Made by a program: the position numbers and the translations under genes. From the NCBI GenBank assembly GCA_016839365.1, contig JAEOUH010000070.1, positions 89,527 to 153,526 of the forward strand: DNA of 64,000 nucleotides, read 5' to 3'. Below the pieces are notes generated by a model. The model was not told where the DNA came from, searched no databases, and saw nothing but the letters and a program-made list of their open reading frames with translations. Shown piece by piece: positions 57,813 through 64,000 of this stretch (position 1 is the first letter of the stretch; each line of letters begins with the position of its first letter). The DNA is from Candidatus Hermodarchaeota archaeon. Lineage in GTDB: Archaea; Asgardarchaeota; Hermodarchaeia; Hermodarchaeales; Hermodarchaeaceae.

Positions 57813-58580
57813 ATGAAGAAACGGATTCAGCCCCACATAAGATTGGGTGAAGGCGATGTGGCTGATGTAGTGTTTATCGCAGGAAATCCTGATCGTGTCC
57901 CGAAAATCGCCACCATTCTAAAAGATGCTGAACAATTAAGCAGTTATCGAGGGTTGGTTTCCTTCCGCGGTTTCACGCCAAAGGGCGTAGAGGTTACCGT
58001 AGCCACCTCAGGTATGGGCACTCCCTCAACCCATATTGTCACTGAAGAGTTAGCAAAACTCGGGGCCAAGGTGTTTATTCGGATTGGCTCATGCGGTGGT
58101 GTCAACCCAGAGGTGAAGACCGGAGATGTGGTTGTTGCCACAGGGGCTGTACGAGATGAGCTGACCAGTCTAAATTATGCACCCATACAATATCCTGCCG
58201 TTGCCACACCAGAGATTTACTCTGCTCTGCTTACAGCCATTTGGGGGCTTCTTCCGCCTGACCGTATCCACGCAGGTATCGTTTGGTCATCTGATATCTA
58301 TTATGATCAAAGGGAAGGAGGGATATTGGACCGGTGGACACGTGCTCGGGTTCAGTGTGTGGAAATGGAATCCTCACTTCTATTCATCTTTGCCCAGACA
58401 CGAGGGCTTCAAGCAGGTTCAATTCTAGCCTGTGATGGGAACCTCCATTCAGATCAGAAAGGAGAGCAAGCTGATGAATCCCAACAAACGGGAGAACAAA
58501 ATCCCCTACTAGTTGAAGCAGTGGCAAAGGAAATCCAAGCGGCAATACAAGCTGTCGATGAATTATACGCAGAAGAATAA
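57813..58580 (+). CDS. nucleoside phosphorylase (uridine phosphorylase-like)
   Basis: GNPDR, SGMGTPS, IRIGSCGG and VEMES motifs. Confidence 0.9.
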   Translation: MKKRIQPHIRLGEGDVADVVFIAGNPDRVPKIATILKDAEQLSSYRGLVSFRGFTPKGVEVTVATSGMGTPSTHIVTEELAKLGAKVFIRIGSCGGVNPEVKTGDVVVATGAVRDELTSLNYAPIQYPAVATPEIYSALLTAIWGLLPPDRIHAGIVWSSDIYYDQREGGILDRWTRARVQCVEMESSLLFIFAQTRGLQAGSILACDGNLHSDQKGEQADESQQTGEQNPLLVEAVAKEIQAAIQAVDELYAEE

Positions 58581-58747
58581 ATTACCTTTGACTTCAAGAG
58601 ATACTGATAAGAAGCCTTAACAGCGTATATATTGTTAGGGGACAACCTTCAATAAACCTGAAACCCCTGTCCTAATTGCCCCCTCCCAATGGTCAGTACC
58701 AGCCTCCTCTCTAACCGCTAAGGCTCTCCATAGAGGCGAGTAAACCA

Positions 58748-58957
58748 ATGGCAAGATGTATGCTTGGACGGCATAGTTATGTGACGATGTATGCTCGACT
58801 CAAGGATGAACCTGACGGACCGATTGAAGGTGTCATGGAGGTATGCAAACGTTGTGGCCATCAAAAGCCCCTTCAAGGTCTTCTCCGCAAAGGCGCGAAA
58901 CTCTTCAACGATAAGGGTCAATGGATTGTAACCGTTGAAAAGGCCGCTGTCATTTAG
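58748..58957 (+). CDS. small putative zinc-binding protein
   Basis: C..GRH...CKRCG; SD-like GAGG upstream and T-tract downstream. Confidence 0.6.
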   Translation: MARCMLGRHSYVTMYARLKDEPDGPIEGVMEVCKRCGHQKPLQGLLRKGAKLFNDKGQWIVTVEKAAVI

Positions 58958-59032
58958 TTTTTTTCCATAAACCTTAACAAGCACAACCACTGATTCTGTT
59001 TGATTTCAGCTTCTCTGTGAAGGTGATCATGC

Positions 59033-59839
59033 ATGAGTACAAAGTTAAAAGGTTGGTTTCTCCTTCGAATCATCTACCTTATTGTACTCCTTATGATAAT
59101 GAGCGTCTATTTGGTCTTTCGTGGCCTGTATAGTATTCTTGGCTTGGGAAATGTACTTCTACTACAGTGGAACTTTCTGAGTGTTTCGATTCTTTTATCG
59201 ATATTTGCACTCATTAACTATCTCATCGCCCAGCGATATGACTCTGACCAATGGAAACGGTACACCTTTTGGTTGCTAATAGCCATGCTATTTGGAACTC
59301 TCGGTGATTTCCTACTTGCCGGGGTATTGCCAGTTCCCATCGATACATTCATTTTTGGTGTGTTGGCTTTTGCACTAGGTCAGGTCTTTTATCTAGTTAC
59401 TCTTCGTCAATTATCACCAATATTGATCAATCCCAGTTCAGGAGCAAGAGAGTCGGGTGAGAAGTCCTCTCGCCTGAATCTACGAAATCTCATTATCTGG
59501 TTGGTATTCATTATCGTGTGTGCGGCACTGTTTATGCTCTTCATGTTCAATCCCGCTTTGCTCGAATTGAGTATCGGAGGCCTAATCTACTTCCTCCTCT
59601 TCGCTTCTGTTCTCGCGTTTGCCGTAACCAAGCTCATCGACGACTACCCAATATTGTTCAAACTGTCGCTTATACTGGGGTTTGCCCTCTTCTACATCTC
59701 TGATGTCATTCTCGTATGGAATCGGTTCAACTCTCCACTTCTCTATGCTAGCCTGTTCATTTCGATAACATATCTCCTGGGGCAGTTCTTCGTCCAACTT
59801 ACACCTCTATTGAAATCCGATAGTGAACAAAGTAGCTAA
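59033..59839 (+). CDS. YhhN/lysoplasmalogenase family membrane protein
   Basis: LGDFLL, FGVLAFALGQVFY, LFYISD and TYLLGQ motifs. Confidence 0.8.
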   Translation: MSTKLKGWFLLRIIYLIVLLMIMSVYLVFRGLYSILGLGNVLLLQWNFLSVSILLSIFALINYLIAQRYDSDQWKRYTFWLLIAMLFGTLGDFLLAGVLPVPIDTFIFGVLAFALGQVFYLVTLRQLSPILINPSSGARESGEKSSRLNLRNLIIWLVFIIVCAALFMLFMFNPALLELSIGGLIYFLLFASVLAFAVTKLIDDYPILFKLSLILGFALFYISDVILVWNRFNSPLLYASLFISITYLLGQFFVQLTPLLKSDSEQSS

Positions 59840-60030
59840 TGCTTACGGTAAAGTGATGTAAGACATCTTCTATACTGGGTGTTTCAGGGCCTTATCATGT
59901 TTGAGCCTTGGATTATGTGGCCGAACCGATATTGTCTCCTTTCAGTTAGCGTGAGTGTAGCAACTTGAATAGATTTATCTAATGTCACTAAGAGAACACC
60001 ATTTACTAATCATTCCTGGTGAATTGTTAC

Positions 60031-60207
60031 ATGAGTATGCACTGTCATGATATGAAAAAGGGTCAAATCTTCATGTGCAGAGATTGTGGCCTGGAACTCA
60101 AAGTTGTCGCTGAATGCACTGAATGTGAAACACCTGAAGGTGCATGTGGCTGTGAAGCACCTTGCACTTTCGAATGCTGTGGAAAGCCGCTCACACTCAA
60201 AAAATAG
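60031..60207 (+). CDS. small Cys-rich desulforedoxin-like protein
   Basis: KKGQIFMCRDCGLEL.VV...CCGKPL desulforedoxin pattern; 10 Cys in 58 aa. Confidence 0.7.
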   Translation: MSMHCHDMKKGQIFMCRDCGLELKVVAECTECETPEGACGCEAPCTFECCGKPLTLKK

Positions 60208-60238
60208 ATAGCTTTTCGTGTGATCCTTCAGAGGGATT

Positions 60239-60616
60239 TTAGGGTTTGATATATGCCCATCCCTCTGCCTGTTTCTTTACTAACTCACCTACACCTGAGG
60301 GCACAAAAACCAACCCGTCTAGTAAGTCTTGTTTTTGCACTCGGTTGGCTACTAACGAGTTTTCACAAATTGCAAAACGGACGCTTTTAGCTGTCAATAT
60401 ATCAATAAGCTCTTCCTCCATGGCTGTTGAGACATGAAAGAGTTTCACGCCGGCACCATTTATCACACATTCAACTTCAACATTTTCTGCACCAAGATCC
60501 CGAATGAGGTTTCGAATATTCTCTAAGGTCAGTTTCAACCGGAAGGTGTTTCCTTCATCAAGATGAAAGAGGACTTGATATTTTATCAAAATGGTCCACC
60601 AATTTTTAACTTCCAA
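60239..60616 (-). CDS. DsrE family protein
   Basis: VLFHLD, NIRNL, V.NG.GV, FAICENS and VPSGVGELVKKQAEGWAYIKP. Confidence 0.9.
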   Translation of the reverse strand: MEVKNWWTILIKYQVLFHLDEGNTFRLKLTLENIRNLIRDLGAENVEVECVINGAGVKLFHVSTAMEEELIDILTAKSVRFAICENSLVANRVQKQDLLDGLVFVPSGVGELVKKQAEGWAYIKP

Positions 60617-60714
60617 GGCTAAATGGTCTTTGTAGGTATTTGTGTTTCCTCAAATAATAATGAAAACAGAAAAGCTAAGGGTGGTCTTAGCGCTAGTATC
60701 CTTTAGGTGACTGT

Positions 60715-61194
60715 ATGGTCGTTGGTCGATTTCAAGTCATGGCCATGTTACAGGCTGCCCGAGCTTATGTTCTTGGATTAGAAATTCCTTCTGCGAAGAG
60801 CTGGGGATTGAACCGGGCAATTTTTTACGCGGCAGCTAAACGGGGGTTCAAAGGACAAAAACCTGTGAAACGTACCCGAAGCGAAATCAAAGAAGAACCA
60901 ATTACTGAAACACCAGAAGCTTATCATTTGGGAAGTGAGGTTGCCTACAAAGCCCCGCACACTCCAGGACCCCTCTACTTCACCATTGGCGGAGAAATCC
61001 AAACAGAAGAAGAGTTTACTCGACAGATCGCTTCTCGATTTGGTAAAGAATACAAACAGGCTTGGAAAGAGGCTATAGCCTATATCAAAACCTTTGATGA
61101 ACAAACACTTCTATCACAATCAGGCTTTTTTAATTCAGTCTACAAGCCAAAACGAGATGAGCTAGCTTCAAAGTGGACTCAGCTTGCTGAATAA
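60715..61194 (+). CDS. conserved hypothetical protein
   Basis: GRFQVMA.LQAAR...AKSWGLNRAIFYAAAK; SD AGGTGA upstream. Confidence 0.7.
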   Translation: MVVGRFQVMAMLQAARAYVLGLEIPSAKSWGLNRAIFYAAAKRGFKGQKPVKRTRSEIKEEPITETPEAYHLGSEVAYKAPHTPGPLYFTIGGEIQTEEEFTRQIASRFGKEYKQAWKEAIAYIKTFDEQTLLSQSGFFNSVYKPKRDELASKWTQLAE

Positions 61195-61231
61195 AAAAGA
61201 AAGGGGAAGTGTAGAGGGTTTCTTTCTACAC

Positions 61232-61795
61232 CTATTGAGCTTCAACTGACGGACCCATTTTAGTTCCAATCGCCGCTGAAATGATTAATTGGAATCCACC
61301 AAAGATCAGTCCTAAGGGAAGCATAATGGTAAGGAAGAGTAATCCCCACAAGGGGTACCAAATGACCTGAAAGGCGATGATCATCATGATGAATCCGAAA
61401 AGGATCAACAAGGCTTTATACCAGCCAGGAACATCTGCGGCAAAACCAAGCATTAGCATTGAGAGACCGTAGAAGAGCAAACCAAAGGACATGAACCAAA
61501 GGACCATCGCTGCACCAAGGATTGGCTCAGTGAAGGGAATAACGGCAAGGATAATCGCCAATATTCCGGCAATGATGTTGAGGGCCCTGGACCAACCAGG
61601 AAGTTCTCGAGCAAAGAATCCTCTCAACAAGGCTTGAATACCCAAAAAGAGTAATCCAAATCCAAAAATGAGAACGATTCCATAGAGTGCTGCAATAGTT
61701 GGGAGTGCGATGATCCACACGGCCAGTGCAATGGCTAAGATTCCAAGAATTAATTCAAGAATGCGATACCACATGGGTGTTTTTTGCATTTCCAT
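61232..61795 (-). CDS. DUF308/HdeD-like membrane protein
   Basis: Three repeats of W.R.L.II.G.L.I..P helical hairpins. Confidence 0.85.
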   Translation of the reverse strand: MEMQKTPMWYRILELILGILAIALAVWIIALPTIAALYGIVLIFGFGLLFLGIQALLRGFFARELPGWSRALNIIAGILAIILAVIPFTEPILGAAMVLWFMSFGLLFYGLSMLMLGFAADVPGWYKALLILFGFIMMIIAFQVIWYPLWGLLFLTIMLPLGLIFGGFQLIISAAIGTKMGPSVEAQ

Positions 61796-62014
61796 GTTTT
61801 AGCACCTTGATAGTGTGATAAATGCTTCACCTTTTAAATCCGTAGGATACACTGCACGATACAAGGGATGAGCTGATACCGGTTTTCATTAGTAACGTAG
61901 TTCATTTATCCAGTAATTTCTATTTACAACTAGAGGCTGCACACATATCCTTCTTTGAATCGAAGGAAGCCGTGAATGATAGACTGGAGTCTTACTTGTT
62001 AGACTCAGCTATTC

Positions 62015-62599
62015 TTACCCCATTGATGAAGGACGAGAAGGTACGAATTGTTCACCCGTAATTCCCGCAATGATGTAAGCTATACCGACGAAGATGAGGG
62101 CAATAATCGCGAGTATGTTGAAAACGTTAACACCGAAGAAAGGAACTACGACCACAAAGAAACCAAGGATAGCTTCGATTATACCAATGATGATTAGGGT
62201 CCAGCGTTGCCAGCTTTTAATGCGTATGGAAGTAAAAGCATAGGTGATGGCCATGATTCCATCAACAGCTAAGGCAATTCCAAAGATCCAAACTAGAAGT
62301 AATGCGGCGAAGAGAGTGGCGTCAACGTAGAGATAGATTCCCAAGATGATGAGAATGATTCCGCCAATAATTAATAGGAATCGCATGGTTCCTGTGCGCT
62401 CTTTTTGGGTCAATCCCCGGTATATGAGCCCAAATCCGAGCAAAACAATAACTGCACACATTGCTAGAACGAAGACAAGAAATGAGATGTATGTAGGTGC
62501 TATGAATACAAGAATTCCAAGGATGATTGCAAGAATTCCGATTATGATTTCGACGATGCGCATCCAAGCAGGAATTGATTCTTTTTGTGATGCTACCAT
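62015..62599 (-). CDS. DUF308/HdeD-like membrane protein (tandem paralog)
   Basis: Same repeat architecture as 61232-61795; start ATG 62599. Confidence 0.85.
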   Translation of the reverse strand: MVASQKESIPAWMRIVEIIIGILAIILGILVFIAPTYISFLVFVLAMCAVIVLLGFGLIYRGLTQKERTGTMRFLLIIGGIILIILGIYLYVDATLFAALLLVWIFGIALAVDGIMAITYAFTSIRIKSWQRWTLIIIGIIEAILGFFVVVVPFFGVNVFNILAIIALIFVGIAYIIAGITGEQFVPSRPSSMG

Positions 62600-62765
62600 A
62601 AGGAAACCTCGACCCTTATCCACCCTTTCTCCTTAAAAACGAAGAGGATATGGCACCAGTACATCCTATGTCGTTTCATGAGGTAGACTCTGCTGCTGTT
62701 GCAGCGAACGGTAAATCCAAAATATGCCCTTAGCCTAATAAGAGTTGATTCTAGGAGCTGAGAAA

Positions 62766-63965
62766 ATGAAACGACGTTATGTTACATTAATTATTATAAT
62801 ATTACTTGTGGTGACTCTAGGGATTGCTGCGTTTATGGTATATTTCCTTCCGAGCTGGTCTGAGCTTCCCCATGAAATGGTCTGTCAACTTACTGGCGAG
62901 GATGCTCTTAATGATACCACTGTTGTTAACGTTTATGGTGCTGATGTTGGACTTATGGTCACATTTCAGGATCGTCTTAATTTCATCTTCGGGGACACCT
63001 TTGGTCCCGACAACTGGGACTGGCGATCAAACACCATGGCTTACACAACTGATACAACTCCATCAGATGGTATTATGCTGAGTGGGTGGATAACTGACTC
63101 AGCAACCCACCTAGCAAAAGAGCTGATTCATAGTGCAAAAATCGATGAGGTTGAAATGACAGTTATTCCCACTACTGCAATCACATCGGGTAGCTACCTG
63201 TATGTTTATTTCATGTCAGTGATTACATGGGGGGATGCCGGAAGCTGGACCTGTAACAACGCGAGCATTGCATACACTTTGGATGGTCATACTTTCATCG
63301 AAGCTCTGAACATGTCCTGGCCAGGTAATTCTCACTTCATCGAGTGGGGAATCATCAAAGGAGGGCCTGGAGCGCCATCAACCGGTGGTTATCTCTATTT
63401 CCTTACCACCGGGAGTGGGAGGTTCGATTCATGTTATTTAGTTCGGGTCCATGAAACGCAGATTCTCAACCAAAGCAGTTACCAATATTTCACTGGATTT
63501 TCCTCAGGTGATTTGCCCCTTTGGTCGACGGACGATTCTGAAGCTGAACCTGTCATCAATGCACCCACAGGAGAAATTACAGTAATGTGGAACACCTACC
63601 TAGACAAGTACATCCTCATGAATCTTGATGATGTGGCGAAGAAAATCTATGTACGTACTGCCCAATCGCCTTGGGGGCCTTGGAGTGCGCCATTCACTAT
63701 TATATCCAGACCTGAATACATTGGGTTCTATGCCCCAAATATCGACCCCACTCTGATTGAAGATAATGGTCGTATTGTCTACTTCACTATGAGCCTATGG
63801 AACGAATATAATGTCTATTTGATGAAAGTCGATTTCACTCGACTCCTCGGATTCCTATACTATAAACAGAATCTGTTAGGTGCCACACACACAGCCTGGG
63901 TGTGTACTATTCTCATATGTGTCACCAAAACTAAACCTATTTGGGTTCTCTCACAAAAGAAGTGA
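62766..63965 (+). CDS. DUF4185 (GH183-like) domain protein, N-terminally anchored
   Basis: GADVG, IFGDTFG..WRSN, VIPT, GEITVMWN, PWGPWS, YAP and SLW.EYNV motifs. Confidence 0.85.
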   Translation: MKRRYVTLIIIILLVVTLGIAAFMVYFLPSWSELPHEMVCQLTGEDALNDTTVVNVYGADVGLMVTFQDRLNFIFGDTFGPDNWDWRSNTMAYTTDTTPSDGIMLSGWITDSATHLAKELIHSAKIDEVEMTVIPTTAITSGSYLYVYFMSVITWGDAGSWTCNNASIAYTLDGHTFIEALNMSWPGNSHFIEWGIIKGGPGAPSTGGYLYFLTTGSGRFDSCYLVRVHETQILNQSSYQYFTGFSSGDLPLWSTDDSEAEPVINAPTGEITVMWNTYLDKYILMNLDDVAKKIYVRTAQSPWGPWSAPFTIISRPEYIGFYAPNIDPTLIEDNGRIVYFTMSLWNEYNVYLMKVDFTRLLGFLYYKQNLLGATHTAWVCTILICVTKTKPIWVLSQKK

Positions 63966-64000
63966 AAATAAAAACAAGTTTCATCTCAATGAAGTTGGCA

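Noticed and set aside
59840-59900. Minus-strand fragment PETPSIEDVLHHFT resembling an ABC ATPase C-terminus
   Set aside because: It is too short, has no start codon and could be chance.
1-64000. CRISPR array, insertion sequences, prophage or integrase
   Set aside because: No regularly spaced repeats, transposase, catalytic recombinase or virion genes were recognised by eye.

Overview
This 64-kb window is gene-dense, has moderate GC (roughly low-to-mid 40s percent by eye) and is archaeal, most likely Asgard. That placement is inferred from TATA/BRE-like promoters, an MfnA-type decarboxylase, a tandem-HTH Lrp regulator, a Rab-like small GTPase fold, DUF4332/DUF3795 proteins and PH-like zinc-ribbon proteins. 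I found no rRNA, canonical tRNA, CRISPR array, transposase or catalytic integrase, and no core information-processing operon. The region is accessory and dominated by detoxification, efflux and DNA repair: an insertion-domain-less UvrA-like ATPase (missed by the ORF track), AlkD, YcaQ/AlkZ-family and Fpg glycosylases, an SPL-like radical SAM protein, three GyrI-like proteins, three GNATs, methyltransferases, three MFS and two ABC exporters, plus surface and secreted hydrolases. The main observations are: (1) a cluster at 37.4-44.5 kb resembling the toolkit bacteria use against DNA-alkylating natural products; (2) a zinc-ribbon-fused Rab-like pseudo-GTPase inside that cluster; (3) several structured intergenic RNA candidates (56.07-56.17, 51.96-52.10, 10.5-10.6 and 12.4-12.5 kb); (4) an unannotated 33-aa Lys-rich microprotein with a strong SD; (5) an ArsR-GyrI/GyrI/GNAT/Cys-cluster operon; (6) split PH-like proteins. 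All family calls come from motif recognition by eye, not from database searches.
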